NCBI GenBank assembly: GCA_965112155.1
Contig: OZ218101.1
Length of the DNA stretch: 64,000 nt
Direction: 5' to 3' (one strand)
Source: Podarcis liolepis
Taxonomy: Eukaryota
The notes under the pieces are model-generated. The model was not told the origin of the DNA. It saw only the letters and a program-made list of their open reading frames with translations, and ran no database searches. Shown here piece by piece: positions 1-14,801 of the stretch. How positions within the stretch are numbered: position 1 is the first letter of the stretch; each line of letters opens with the position of its first letter. The translations under genes were made by a program, and so were the position numbers.

Positions 1-587
1 ACCATGTTTGCTTAAATAATGGTTCTTGTGCATATAGACCTCACATGGACATAGAGGCTAATACTGTAACCATATGTATGCAGTCTCCACCATATTGTAT
101 GTCTGTCCACAGAATCTCACATACAATTGTTCAGTCTTACAGACTGAATTAGGGCTTTCCGTGTTATAGATACTGTTGGTGATCAATTCTTCAGCCTTTT
201 TAAACATGATATTCCGCAGTAATTTTTCCAGGACATTGGGTTACTCCTACTGCTATTTTGTATCTAATTTATTGCTGGAAAAGACTCAATCTTTTGCTTT
301 CATTGGAGAGCTTACACAGTAAATCCTGCGGATGTATGCATATGGCAAGTTTTATTGAATGCTAAATCATTTTATGATTACCCTAATGTAAGTTATTATA
401 ATGTGAAGAGTTAGATCAGGTTAACAATATTTTAGAAGAATTCAGATTGATGGGTCTATTTAGAGGGGGAAACTTTTTTTCTTGTATGCACATAGGAAAA
501 TAATTCCAAACCATTAAGTTACAAGAAGCCTACTCATGATAAATTACTTTCGTATCACATGAAGAAAGTGTAAATACATTAATCTAA

Positions 588-740
<153 letters not shown>

Positions 741-1939
741 TGACCTCAGACACAAATTGTACATTTAATTGTGTTTTAATATACATTTACAGAAATTATT
801 GAATATATTTATAGACGTTTTTAAAATGTAAATTGTCCTTATTATTCCAGATCATTCTACACAATGCAGGTTATGTGGTTAATGTTTGAAGATTCTTGTT
901 GACGGTTCATTACCAGTGTCACAAATTGGCAGTTAAGAACAAATTGCCAACTTCTTCTCAATTTTATAAGACCATTCATGATACTATTGCAATTTGATTC
1001 CCAGAGTGAAGCAGCAGGGATGTAATTGAAACTCAACCCTAGCTTTTGAGGAATTTCCCCACACATATTTGAACAACATAATTTAAAATCTTATTATTTC
1101 AATGTCAGTGAAATACTCTTGTGAGAATATATGAGATGTTATAGAATTCATCTTGATAATACGTATTCTTCATATTTGTTTGAGTTCAGTGACACATATT
1201 CCAGGTAAGCTTGGATAAGCCTGAAGCCTAAGAGCCCTTGAAGGCAAGGATCATGTCGGCTGCTGGCTGGCCCTGAGTAGAAGGAGGATGCTTAGGTGGG
1301 CTGGCAGAAGCCTCCTAATAGAGATGAGAAAGCTGTAGTGGTGCAACGAGGGGAGAAAATAAGTTGAGGGTGAGATGAGGAGATCAAATCAGATCTACAG
1401 CTTCTGTTTACTTCTCTCCTCCTCTAGTTTGCACTTGACTGCATAAAGGCAGTCTGCATTCCCCTGTTTTAGAGACCCTTCTTCTTCCTTTTCTTTTTAA
1501 AAAGAATACACAGGTCTGCAAACATTAGGGCTCCCTTGAGTCCTGAATGGTAGCAAATAGATGGAGTGATTGCTATAAGGTTCTCTACTAATGGTACTAT
1601 ATTGCAGCTTGCATACAAAAAAAGTATCCTATAGCTTCAAAGTGAGCTATGATTAATTCCCCCTTTTCCTCATAGTTGATGAGAATATAAAGTTATTTTA
1701 AAAGTTTGAATGAAAATAAGAAACGTTATTCAAGCAAAGACAGAATATACAGTATAGTTTCTATGATTCTCCAAACATTTTTATTGAATTGTTTGCAGAG
1801 CTCGGTTAAGGAATAAAATCAGCTTTCTTTTAACATCACAGTCAGATTCCCATAGTCTATTCTATAGAAACATATTATAGGAAGGTTTGGTCTGAAAAGT
1901 CTGTGTTAAAGCGAGTAGCAGCATTGGAGGCATGTAATA

Positions 1940-2170
1940 CAGTGGTATCTCTGGTTATGTACTTAATTCGTTCCGGAGGTCCTTTCTTAACCTGAAACTG
2001 TTCTTAACCTGAAGCACCACTTTAGCTAATGGGGCCTACCGCTGCTGCCGCATGATTTCTGTTCTCATCCTGAAGCAAAGTTCTTAACCTGAGGTACTAT
2101 TTCTGGGTTAGCGGAGTCTGTAAACTGAAGCATATGTAACCTGAAGCGTATGTAACCCGAGGTACCACTG
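1940..2170. mobile_element. Tc1/mariner (Tigger-like) MITE, family A, copy 1
   Basis: TIRs cagtggtatctc...gaggtaccactg, flanked by TA on both sides; internal aacctgaag subrepeats. Confidence 0.85.
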
Positions 2171-2715
2171 TAGTGGAAGGCATAGAAGTTTGTGGTGCAC
2201 TGGAATACTATCACTCCAAAGTAAGATGCAAGGTTGTGCTGAATTGCTATAGGTGTTTATTGCAATGTAAGATTAACCTTTTCTTTTATGTGGATTTCAG
2301 TTATGTGGTAAAATTCTGCATTTTTATGGATAAATAGCTAAATAACAGCAGGAAGAGATTATAGAGTGAAGCTAACATATAGCTAACTTTATGTTCTAGC
2401 CAAAGCTACAAGTGGATTTATCCATGGATAATGAGAGTTAGCACGAGCCAATGATGCAATATAAGTGTTTGTGTTAAACAGAAGATAGTTTTCAGAATAG
2501 GGTACTCAGTTGCCCTTTGTAGATGTTCTAAACTACTGAACCCTAATATTGTGTAATATTGTGATAAAATAATAAAACCAATACGTACACTGTGCACCAT
2601 TATTTACTGGATTTTATGGTATTAAACATAGAATTTCAGCATTATTGTGTCTTTCAGTCCAATGAAAGACAGGTTTGAAGGCAGGTTGTCCTGATTTCAG
2701 CAAAATATGTCCTGA

Positions 2716-3003
<288 letters not shown>

Positions 3004-4886
3004 TAGTTTACTCTATGTTGATGCTGTTGTTGAGTGACTGACACATCACCATTGGTTGTTTTTTAAATTTTTGGTAAGAAACGAAGCAAAGAAGCCTGGC
3101 ATTTAAGTGTAATTTGCCCTTCAGTTGTATTGAATGATGAGGATAAGAAGCTGGAGGTCATTGCTATATACACCTTTTTTGCAAATTCAATTAGATAAAA
3201 ATAGAATTAAAATGTAAATCATGCAGTCATATTCATATGATCCCTGTTGTTTTCATAACTACTGTGGAAAGATTAGAAAATATAGTCACCAATTTTATTT
3301 TGAATTGAAAATAATGAATTTAGGTAACCACTCAAAAAAGAGCTATTAAAAGACCATTAAAATCCTGCAAAGTGAGGGGAAAGCCAATACTTCCCCACCC
3401 CCAGTGCTCTCTTACTCTTTTTTTTTTTGTGTGAACTAGCAAATGGATTTAAAGACATCCAGTCTTTGTGGGACTTTGTGTTTCTGGCTGTGTCCCAGTT
3501 TCTGTTGTCATTGAGTGTTGTCAAAGCAGATGATTCTCCACTGAGCCCAATTTAAAACCAATGACCTGCTTTTATTCCAGCAAACTCATTTTATTGCTTC
3601 CCTTGAAGCCTGGGTGACTGAAATAACTTAAAGTATTATAGGAACCCAATTCATGGTACATGTGAATTAATAGAATCCCTAGGGCCTGTGGATATTCTTG
3701 TATTTTATTTTCATAGTGAATTGATTCATGTACAGTTGTGGGGAATTTTCTCACATGATAAATTTATTGTCATATATTTAATAATACAGAACAAATCTAT
3801 GGACTGTCATCAGATTCATCCAGGATGATCCAGGATATATGAACAAAAAATGCATTTCTTTTTGTGACATCTGTTTGCCTATATGCACAAAGCAAATCAA
3901 TATAAATAGTTTTGCATATCTTAATCTATTGCATCCATTTAAGACATGGATTTCATTTTTTGTTTTGGGATGTGATGGCTGTCTTTCTTGAAGCTTAGTT
4001 AAATGTTTTGCAACAAGGAAACAGCTGCTTCATAAAATAATTTGTATTAGTGCTATCTTTAAATAAATAGAAATTATCTTCTTAAATTCTGATTTTCTTA
4101 TTGATGGTCTAAGCTATTGTAAAATTTCCTGTAAATACAAAATTTGATACAAACAATTTTCGCTATTTTGGTCTTTAAAAGTAATGAAATTAAATAGGAG
4201 GTGATCCTTGTTTATTTTCCTGAATTGTACACATCAATCAAACAAGAGTCTGAATCGAAGCACTGAAGCCATTTAGTCACTGAAGAATTTAGACATAATA
4301 TCAGTATAAAGAAAGGCAAGGGGGACTTATGCAGGAGCACACCTCATTAACAATATATTGGACTGATATTATGTCTAAATTCTGGCAGGCAAGGCCCATG
4401 CTGCTATAATTGTTCTGTTTTTAATTATTTTAACTGCTTTTAATTTGTGGGGGTTTGTTTTTTGGGGGGGTTGTTTTTACTGAGGGAGGGGAGGGGAGGA
4501 GCCGGAGAGGGCATCAGGGTCCCAATCATAGTGGTTCAGGGGCACATAGCACAGGCAATTAGTGACTGTGCCATGTGCCAGCCCCTCCTCCAACCTGAAC
4601 AATTGCAGTTGTACTACCAGCCAGCCCTCGAGTCTGCAGCTGCTGTTGCTGAATACCAGGTTAGCCCTAAATAAGAGCTCCTTCACCAATGAGTTGATTA
4701 TGGATGATGAGGCCGCTCTGTATCACTTTATCACTGGTCTGTGTCACTGAGACCCGGGTGAGTGAGCAGGGGGGAGTTGGTCTCACTCAGCTGTGCTCAT
4801 TTGGGTACTCTCCCTTTCTTGGGCAACGTTCTTGAGCTTATGGTCTTGGAGGGATCTAATTTTCTAGATCCATCTCAGTTGGCAAG

Positions 4887-5043
4887 AGCATTCTTCTTCT
4901 CCCAGACCTTTGATTAATTACAGCCTTTTAACCTGGGTTTTTCTTTCTTTTATTATGTTATGTGTTTTTATATTGTCAGCTGCCCTGTGATCCTCAAGTG
5001 AAGGGCAGTATAGAAAATGAATGAGTGAATGAATGAATGAATG
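4887..5043 (+). mobile_element. L2-type 3' tail ending in (tgaa)n
   Basis: ctgccctgtgatc..gaagggcagtatagaaaa followed by a microsatellite; related tails at ~29800-29877 (+), 36910-37020 (-), 58910-59085 (-) and 60560-60672 (+). Confidence 0.55.
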
Positions 5044-6033
5044 ACTTGAAGGGACAAGGCATAAGCAACTCGGACCTTCAAAGTCCATCAACATGAAACT
5101 GTTGAAATCTGGTGATAATGCTATCATGAAATTGTCCTATTGAACTATTAGTCTCTAGTCTTCTGAGTTAACATGGCTAGGCAGACATACCCGAATCTTC
5201 TCACAGTTGCCATTACTTTCCATTTAGTTAAAGAGGAAAGTTCACAGAGATAATTGTCATCTTCTACTGTATACTTTTGAAGAATTAACAAAGAGGATTG
5301 ATTAGACTTGGAAGTTGCCGTGTGTGTGTGTGTAGCAGTGTACACATGGGAAATTGTATGCTTTTTCATAATTGGACCAGAAATGCCTTGTTAACTTGTT
5401 GATGGAGCATTGGTGCTCCTCTGTCCATGAAGTGAAAGCATCTATTAGAGCAGCAAACACTGAAAGGTCAAAAGAGCTCTTTCTTTAATATTGGGCCAAT
5501 GCAATCCTTATATTCAGTAAACATGCTTTTGATGTAATGATTTGTCATATTGAACAAAACCAGTAATTGTAGAACTGTTAAAAATGCAGCAAAACAGGAC
5601 AAGAACTTGAAGTCCTGATAGATACCAAGGTATTTCCAGCATACCTTGGCTGTCCATCCCACCCCACCCCACTGCTTTCATTGAAAAATGCAATACCTTT
5701 GCAATTCCTTTCAGTTGTTATGAGCTCTTTTCCCATAGCCACAGGTATGCTATATTCATAGAGAAAAATACTGAAAAATGCCTATCACAACCATCAGCCA
5801 AGGTCTTGACTTTCTGTGCCAGTTATGCTTTCTGAGCTCAACTGTGTCTGTAGGTTTCACAGATAACATTGTTTGGTGGTGACATTGAGCTACTCAGGGA
5901 AATCAGAGGTGGGAATAGGGTTTTGTGTAGCAGATGTTTTCAAGGACAGTCTGAGTGGGTTAATAATGTCAAAACAACAACAAAAAAGGTAATTCATCCC
6001 AGTCTATATCAGGTGCCCTATGCCTGAAATTTA

Positions 6034-6274
6034 CCTTATTTATTGCTCTATAAGGCGCACCTGACCATAAGATGCACCTAGTTTTTAGAGAAGGAAAACA
6101 AGAAAAAAAATATTCTGAATCAAATGTTGTTGAAGAGGCTTTGCGCAGCTATCCCTGAAGCCAGAACAGCAAGAGGGATTGCTATGCAGCCTGCATCTGC
6201 TCCATAAGACGCACACACATTTCCCCTTACTTTTTAGGAGGGAAAAAGTGCATCTTATAGAGTGAAAAATATGG
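6034..6274. mobile_element. Tc1/mariner-type MITE, family B (ccgtattttt..ctctata TIR), degraded copy
   Basis: TA|ccttatttattgctctataagg...cttatagagtgaaaaatatgg|TA. Confidence 0.75.
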
Positions 6275-6572
6275 TACTTTAAAAAGAAATCAATCACACA
6301 ATTACTAACTGGGCAAATCAAAACTTGCTAATTATTCTGTTTTGATAAATCTGACCCTGGTCAAAACAACCTCCATCTCAATTGTTAGGGAAAAGTAAAT
6401 TAACTGCAGGGCCAAGTACACTTATCAGCCATTCCATAACATATTCCATCTGAATAGAGCTTACAGGACACAGTTTAAGAGAACTTCTAGTCTAAAGTTT
6501 GTGTTGTTGTACATGAAGTATTGTGGTGCGATTGGCACACATTAACTAAACTGTTGTGTGTGTTTTTCTTAG

Positions 6573-6621
6573 ACATTTCAACAATCCTCTCTACAGCATA
6601 AGTCTAAAAAGAAGAACAAAG
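6573..6621 (+). CDS. CNKSR2: CNKSR2 coding exon (49 nt): TFQQSSLQHKSKKKNK(G)
   Basis: tttttcttag| acceptor and |gtaact donor; frame continuous with the flanking exons. Confidence 0.93.
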
Positions 6622-6772
6622 GTAACTATTATGTAAAACAGTTTTTACCTTATAGGTCTCGTGAAAAATTAAACATAATTTTATACTGTGTAAACATTTT
6701 TGTCTGCATATAATGTGACAATTCTAAAACAGAAACACTCCAATTTTATAACAGTTAATGCTGCTATGTTCT

Positions 6773-6916
6773 GCTGGGATAGCTCAGTTGGTAGAGCATG
6801 AGTCTTTTAATCTCAGGATCTTGGGTTCAAGCCCCACATTGGGCAAAATATTCCTGCATTGCAGGGGTTGGGCTAGATAACCCTCATGGTCCCATCCAAA
6901 TGCTACGATTCTATGA
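6773..6916 (+). mobile_element. tRNA-Lys-derived SINE with CR1-type 3' tail
   Basis: head gatagctcagttggtagagcat..cttttaatct..ggttcaagccc (A and B boxes, TTT anticodon-like loop) fused to cctgcattgcagggg..ctagat..gattctatga, which matches the CR1 end at ~18245-18304. Confidence 0.75.
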
Positions 6917-7042
6917 AACATCCATAATTTTCTCAGCGCATGTCGCCATTTCCTCCAGTGGTCATTATGACCTTAAGCCAGGGCATCTCCTATGAGAATT
7001 GTATGACCTTAACTAGGCCTTAACTCTGTTTTCCTTCTAAGT

Positions 7043-7178
7043 CAGGCATAGGCAAACTCAGCCCTCCAGATGTTTTGGGACTACAATTCCCATCATCCCT
7101 GACCACTGGTCCTGCTAGCTAGGGATGATGGGAGTTGTAGTCCCAAAACATCTGGAGGACCATGTTTGCCTATGCCTG
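7043..7178. mobile_element. hAT-type palindromic MITE
   Basis: near-perfect 136-bp foldback (caggcataggcaaac...gtttgcctatgcctg); 8-bp TSD ttctaagt/atctaagt. Confidence 0.85.
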
Positions 7179-7331
7179 ATCTAAGTAGTAGATTATGCTT
7201 TAGTCATAGCTACTTATTAGAATGGATGGAGAGAAGTTCCACCCCAAAAGAAACCACAACAATGTATTCCAGCTCAGGACAGAAGTATTATATGGGTACA
7301 TGAATCATCTCTGAAACAACTGTTCTTCTAA

Positions 7332-7514
<183 letters not shown>

Positions 7515-9073
7515 TGATATGTTTGGTGTTCTTCTTGCAGATGGATGTGACTGCACTGAACAATATGGCTACAGTCCAAAAACATGATATATGCATGTGG
7601 TGAAGAACTATATATAACTGCCCAAACTTGATTTGGTCATTACATGACTGTCTGTTTGTACTGGAGAGACAAACTACCTTTAATACTGGCTTTTCCCTTC
7701 GGCAGTGGAAACAAATGTGCAGTTCTGACACTGTGCACAGCTCTCTCCTGTCCATGTTTTAAATTAGTGATTCCAAGAGCCATGCTAAATATTGGTAACA
7801 TAGGTTTTCTTCTTCTTCATTAAAACAAAGATAACCTGGATACACTAAACATTCACCATGCAGAAATATTATATCAGCAGGTGCTATGACCCTGATTCAG
7901 AAGCCATATAATTTCTTTTGTGAGGGAATTGAGTATTGTTAGTTTGATCGGAATTAGAACTCCACATGGGACAAAACAGGATGGAGGAAGATGTCACAAG
8001 AAACAGGCAATATAATGATTCCTGGAGGATGCAAAAAAGATGTAAAGAAGGCAGTTGACTGAGAAAGAAGAATCTGATAGAAATGTAGGTGAAAAGTGAG
8101 GCTTCAGTAAAAGAGCTAAGGAGGTAGAAAATTGAGACAAGAAGGAATTAATGAGAGCTTTGAAGAGCTCTTAGCAGTTAAGATGAGAAGTGAGAAGGAG
8201 GGGAGAGTGTTGGGATGTTGATTAAGATACAGGATGACTAACTGAAGTAAGACAAAGTTGGCAGTGACCTAAGGTCCTGAGGAAACTCTGGGTCATGGAA
8301 ATACGTAGTTGAAAAAAGGAGGAAAATTAGGATCAGGGCAAAAGTATACATAGAACTGGCAAGCACATGTGACTGAGCAGTATTGGCAAAAGGGCTGGGA
8401 AAAGGCAAGGAATAGAAGAAAGGGGATACAGAAATACTAGATCTGAAGTGTAGATGCTAGCAATAGAATTCTGGCAATTGTTGCTTTGGCTGTTACTGCA
8501 AAGTTCTGCTTTTGCAACCCCAAGGAAACAGTGAGGAAGAGACAGCAAGATGACAGTAACAAGAGTAGGCAACTAAATTTCCACATTTTTGGCCCAGTTC
8601 AAATGTAACAATTTTTACTCTGTGTACTCACATTTGTTCATTCTTGCTAGGCCATAGTTTGGCTTAGCATTTTGTACGAACCAGACCACTGTTTTAAACT
8701 AACCAGCCAGTTCTTTCAGCTGCAGACTTCTAGTGGATCCAGATTGCATTGTGCTTCTAATACTATGCTCTATCTTAAAAATGGCATGTTTAAGTTAATT
8801 TTGTTTGCTTCTACTGTACAAGTTATGTGAATTGCCCCAAAAGAGAAATGGTTGAAGACATGGTTTAAGTTGTTCTTAAAAATAATTCTTTTTAAAGTGA
8901 TGTTTTCACCTTTCTGGCAAGATGCTTCCATTAATTTTTGTGGAAGTTTTAATGAAGCAATAAATCAGAAATTGTTATATTGTGACAAGAGATAGTTCAG
9001 TATGCTTGTATTTGTTTTCTTTTTGATTGGCTTCTGGTTTTGCTCTTGTTCTTTAATCTGTTCATCTTCATAG

Positions 9074-9147
9074 GATGAAAAAGCAGAGGGATTCATCAGT
9101 CTGCCAGAATTTAAAATTGATAGAGCTAGTGAATGTCGCAAGAAGTA
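9074..9147 (+). CDS. CNKSR2: CNKSR2 coding exon (74 nt), PH domain: DEKAEGFISLPEFKIDRASECRKK(Y)
   Basis: ttcatag| acceptor and |gtaagt donor; in frame. Confidence 0.95.
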
Positions 9148-9560
9148 GTAAGTACTAGAACAATATTCAAAAATAGATAAAACTGTAAACGTTGACACAA
9201 ACATAATTTTGATAAAATGTTCCATTATTGATGCCTTTGTCTGGTAGTATTTATCTTTGTGGAACTTCAATCACTACTGCTACTACTAATTAATATATAT
9301 TATCATTTGCTACTTTAGATACTCACCAAGTTCATTCCTGGTATTTAGGAATAGGTGTTTAGGAATGGCTACTCACCCCCTTCTCAGGTAGACTATGGTT
9401 GCAGACCTCACTTCTATCCACCATCCCCAGCAGCTAGGGCCCAGTGTGTCTTGGCAGCCCTAAGGGGAATTCCCCAGCCAGCAGAATAAAGGAGCAGGGA
9501 TTCCTTGCCAAAATGCTAGCTTTGAATCGGCCAATAGGAGGCCCTGCCAGATGGGCAGTA

Positions 9561-9802
9561 CAGTGGTAGCTCGGGTTACAAATGCTTCGGGTTACAAACG
9601 CTTCAGGTTACAGACTCCGCTAACCCAGAAATAGTGCTTCAGGTTAAGAACTTTACCTCAGGATGAGAACAGAAATCACGCAGTGGTGGTACAGTGGCAG
9701 TGGGAGGCCCCATTAGCTAAAGTGGTACCTCAGGTTAAGAATGGTTTCAGGTTAAGAACAGACCTCCAGAATGAATTAAGTTCTTAACCAGAGGTACCAC
9801 TG
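9561..9802. mobile_element. Tc1/mariner MITE, family A, copy 2, inverted relative to the copy at 1940
   Basis: TA|cagtggtagctc...gaggtaccactg|TA; internal sequence is approximately the reverse complement of 1940-2170. Confidence 0.85.
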
Positions 9803-10796
9803 TACATTGCTAGCTGGCTGGGCATTGGCTGTGGGCTATGAATGGTCACCCAGCAATACATAGGACATAATTATTTTTTGTTGATGTTCTTGGTTACTGT
9901 TTTTGAGGCTTGGATAGTTCACCTTTACTTTTAACTGATTATATTATCATAATACATTTTAATTCTTAATATGAGATAAAGCAAAATTCACTTTTTCTAA
10001 ACTAATGTTGACTTCAATTTGGAAAAAAATATATAAGATAATTAATAGTAGAATACACAAGAATGTCATTTGGGCATCCAGCCAAATCTTTCACAAAGCT
10101 GTAACTTGGTATGGATGCCAACCTTTATGTGCAGTTAAGTGCCTGTTTAGATTAATAGTGGATTGTGCCAGTGTAATGCCCTGCGGTCTAGAATGTAGAT
10201 CTGATGTTTCAGATGTTGACAGTAATGCTTTTTATAGTTGGTTGAGAGGGAAAGGACCTATGAAATACCTCATTACTGTGAATAACTTCATGATTACAAG
10301 TTCAACAGCTTGTCAGAAATTAAGACACATTTGCTTTTTCTCTTCAACTATTGAGTTTTAAAGTTGAAAGTAAAGCCAGAAACACTGTAGTATGAAAAAT
10401 CATAGGGACTTCCTGTGAAGTATAATTTGGCCAAATGGTATTATATCCAGAAACGTTTATGATATATTTGCCTACTAAATACAAGTGCCCCAGTAAATAA
10501 ACTGCTTCATATTTATCAAAAGTATACTCAGGTAAGATAGTGTTTAACTTGACACCATATGTTCAGATAGATTTAATTAGGATGTAATCCTGTCCACACT
10601 TACATAGGATTAAATACAACTCAGTAGATCTTACCTCCACATAGACATACATAGGATTACATGCTTACTGTATCTTTTCACACAAGTATATCCCAAAATG
10701 TGTATAAAGTGCAAATGTTCTTGATTTCAGAGTAGAATTGAAACATATACAAAATATAGATGATATACAGTGTGGCCCCAAAGTAGTTATACAGTA

Positions 10797-11106
<310 letters not shown>

Positions 11107-11192
11107 TGAGTATTTTTTGTATTTTTATAGTATTCACCACTTTCTTTTATCAGTCCAAAAGGCCAATGAAAAATTTATTCCCTGAATGTGAG

Positions 11193-11198
<6 letters not shown>

Positions 11199-11241
<43 letters not shown>

Positions 11242-11242
11242 G
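11199..11242. repeat. (TA)n then (TATG)n microsatellite
   Basis: direct reading. Confidence 0.95.
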
Positions 11243-11255
11243 TTTTAATTGGTGT

Positions 11256-11447
11256 GTGTGGTGAAGTGGTTAGAGTGTTGGGAGTTCAGGGTTCAAATCC
11301 CCACTCTGTCATGAAACTTAGAGCTTAGGCCAGTCACAGTCTCTCAGCCCAACCTACGTCACAGGGTTGTTGTAAGGATAAACTTTGGAGGAAGAGAGCC
11401 ATGTATGCCACCTTGAGCTCATTGGAGGAATGGTGGGATATAAATGT
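11256..11447 (+). mobile_element. tRNA-derived SINE with L2-like tail
   Basis: tggtgaagtggttagag A box, ggttcaaatcccc B box, ctcagcccaacctac..cagggttgttgt core, gccaccttgag..gggatataaat tail. Confidence 0.7.
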
Positions 11448-11652
11448 TATATCCCTGAATGCGAAGTATACAGTGAGGGGATAATATTGGAGAGGAGCTA
11501 GTGGAGGGTAAAAGGTGGCTTTTGCTAGGATTATGGGAAGTGAGTGGATATGGCAAAGAATAAGGAGAAGGGGTGACTTTGGCAATGAGTAAGGGGAAGG
11601 GTGACTTTGGGGGGAGTAGACAAAGTTGGTGAGTGAAGCAAGCAGTGCATCC

Positions 11653-11704
11653 GTGTGTGTGTGTGTGCGCGCGCGCGCGCGCACGCACGCACACACACAC
11701 ACAC
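11653..11704. repeat. Compound (GT)n(GC)n(AC)n microsatellite
   Basis: direct reading; uninterrupted purine/pyrimidine alternation. Confidence 0.95.
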
Positions 11705-14261
11705 TGACACTGATCCAGCAAGGATCAGTTTTTAAGCATGGATTATTTCCTCTGGAAAAACAAGAAGCTGCTATGAGTGTAAACATCTGTTGAATGCTCT
11801 GATTAATTCTCCTGCCTAGTTCTGGACTTAATCCAGATGCAGTGTTCGATATAATTAGCCAGTTAAGAGCAATTTAAAGGAGCCCAAATTACCTTCAACT
11901 ATTTTGAAACTAAAATCAATTTCATTTTTATCAAAGTGAAAATATATTAAGACAAATCAGTCCATGGAGGGTACTGTACCCCAGTTTCAATTTTCTCTGG
12001 CATTTCTTCGTCAAAAATTGCTTACAATTTTTCACTGTTTCCTGAGTACACCACATATATATATTTCAAGTGTTCAAGGATCACATAAGTGCTTATACAC
12101 ACTAATTGTTCATGAAGTACAACTGGTCTATAAATGTGTTGTTTTCCGTAATGGGGTTCAGTTAGCATTATTTACTTTGAACATCATAGTAATTATTATT
12201 TCCAAATGTTCAGTCACCCTGGAATGTCTTTTGGGGCTCTGATACATGCATTCATACACATGCATTCATACACATGAACAGCATAAGCAGTGGCTGTCCG
12301 TTTTTCTTGAGTGCTAGGAATGCTAGTGAAGACAGGTACACAGAATATTCCTGGCTCTTAAAAAGAACAATTTGTGTACATCGGAGCTCTGAAGAGTACA
12401 TATTAAGGTGAGTGAATGAGTACAATATGTTCTAGTGCAGCCGTATCAAACTGCCAACATAGTAGTTGCCAGAACATAGTTTCCAGTAATTAAGAAACTT
12501 GTGAAATGATCTAGAGGCACAATGAGTCTTTGTGACACATAGCTCATATACATTTTTCAAAGGATACTTAAGTCATTCTTGCAAATTACCATGATTAAAT
12601 GTCAACTTAACTGCAACCATCAAAGATTGTACTGTCTCTTAGATATAGAAATTAATTTAAGTTCATTTTAATTCCTTTCTAGTTACAAAATGCCTCCTTG
12701 TTTCCATCTTCTTTTTTTAAGAAGTCCAACATTGGGGGGGGGGGAATCAACTGTTCCTTTGATTTCAAAATAGTGATGGAAGATCTGAGTCTGGGCAGGG
12801 CTAAATGTGAGGCAGGACTCTGTCTCAAACCTGTTTTCCATGTTGCTGCTTTGCTATGAACTAGCAATAAAAATAGTGCCTATCTAGCTGTGCCAGGAAT
12901 CACATCTGGGATTAAAGCAATAATCAGGCTTTCCTGCCAAGATTATGCACCCATTATTTCACTTGGAAACTAACTATTGGCAGGACTGGCCTGACTGATG
13001 AAATAGACCTCTACTGACTCAAAATGTGGAAATCATCATAACAGAAGCAACTGATTTTAAAGACGGTTTAGTTCTTTTGTTCATACTGCATTATCCATGG
13101 TCCAACATAGACAACCATCTTAACCAAGTAGTCTTCTACCCTGATTTTTTAAAAAAATAAAATAAAAGACGTAGTATGGAGTTTCTGCCACGCTTTCTAA
13201 TGTGTGGTAAAATTGGGAGCCTTATGAAATGGCAAATCTTCGCCCCACCTCCATTTTCCCCTTGGTACTATTTGCCATTTGTTTTCACCTGTGAAAACAC
13301 TTTTGACTTTAGAAACATTTATTTAAAATAAATTATGGCTTCTGACAAGCTGTATCCATTATGCATTTAGAATTCCTGAGCAACACCTGATACTTTCAAC
13401 CTGCTAGTATATATAGGAGTTAAGGTCTTCCTATATGCCTTGGTGGTGGTGGTTGGTGGTGGTGTTTTCAAATTATTTTTATTTGTTTTCCAAATTATTA
13501 CAAATCAAACCAAATTACTTTAATACAATTTCTTCCTATATGCCTTTGTTAATGGGCAATAAAGTGAGAACCCTTTCACTCTGAAATTTGGCAAGTGTTA
13601 TTCCTGGTGGTGGGGTAGTAAGTAGAATGCCTGGAAATTGCATTAAGAAGCACAGATGTTACAGGCAGAATTGCAGCTGGGTCATCTGTTGAAATCAATG
13701 GGAAGAAAAAAGAATGATGAAAATACACCCAGCTTTACCAAGCAGACAGTTCTGTTGGAAGAAGTCTAGGGAATTGGAAGTCTGATTTAGCGTAAGGTTA
13801 GAAATTTTTTTATTTAAAAGAATTATTTTTCCTCTCTCTTCCTTCTTGATGCACACAAAGCTTCTCCTATCTCTTTGTTACACTATATGATATATGTGCT
13901 TCAAAATTGGAGAGTGAACTTTTTCCCTGCTGGTATGACAAATAAGGCTTTAAATGTATTGACAAAAACTTTGTAACAGGATTTGATCTTGGGAAATTGG
14001 AACAGCAAGAATTCTTCAGTAAGATGATGTATTTGTGAGCAATATCTAACAGATATTGGAATACCTTGAAATGTTTCATTTTAAGGACTTCCAGCGTCCT
14101 TGTTCAAGGTTTTCTATTTGAAACAACATTGTATATGTCAAAATAGTTTTACAAGAAAATTCCATCTAACAAGACAGCTGAATGAAACATAGGTCTTACT
14201 TCCTTATCTTGTCAAGAAGCTGTAAATATTCGAATAAAAGACCACATACAAAGTCATGTAA

Positions 14262-14381
<120 letters not shown>

Positions 14382-14801
14382 TAATTATTTTGTTTGCTTC
14401 ACTTAACCTCCCTACTTAAAGGATATGTATTCTGTGCTTTATTGCAGAACCCTTATTTTCTTATTTAAGAATATTCCCTCAGTTACCGCAACTGTTGTTC
14501 TTATACAGTACTTTATTCAAACACATAGGAACTTTAAAAAATATTCAGGGCCATGTTTGACTACAAAAAAGGACCTGTTATATATATGTTGATGATTGAT
14601 GGATCAGGTTTTTTTCCTAAAGCATATTGATTTTATATATTTAACTATGGAAAGTCACTAAAGGCTGATTACATTTTTATTTTTTCTAATTCTTTATTAG
14701 GCCAAAGTGTGCTTAGCAAATGATACAGAGATAAAGAGAGGTGTAATAAAACAGTGTCAATTTGTTTAGTAGATAGCACTGTGAAGGAAGGGAGTGAGAT
14801 A

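Noticed and set aside
6773-6845. Functional tRNA-Lys gene
   Set aside because: Stem mismatches, no Pol III T-run terminator directly after it, and direct fusion to a CR1-like tail indicate a SINE head
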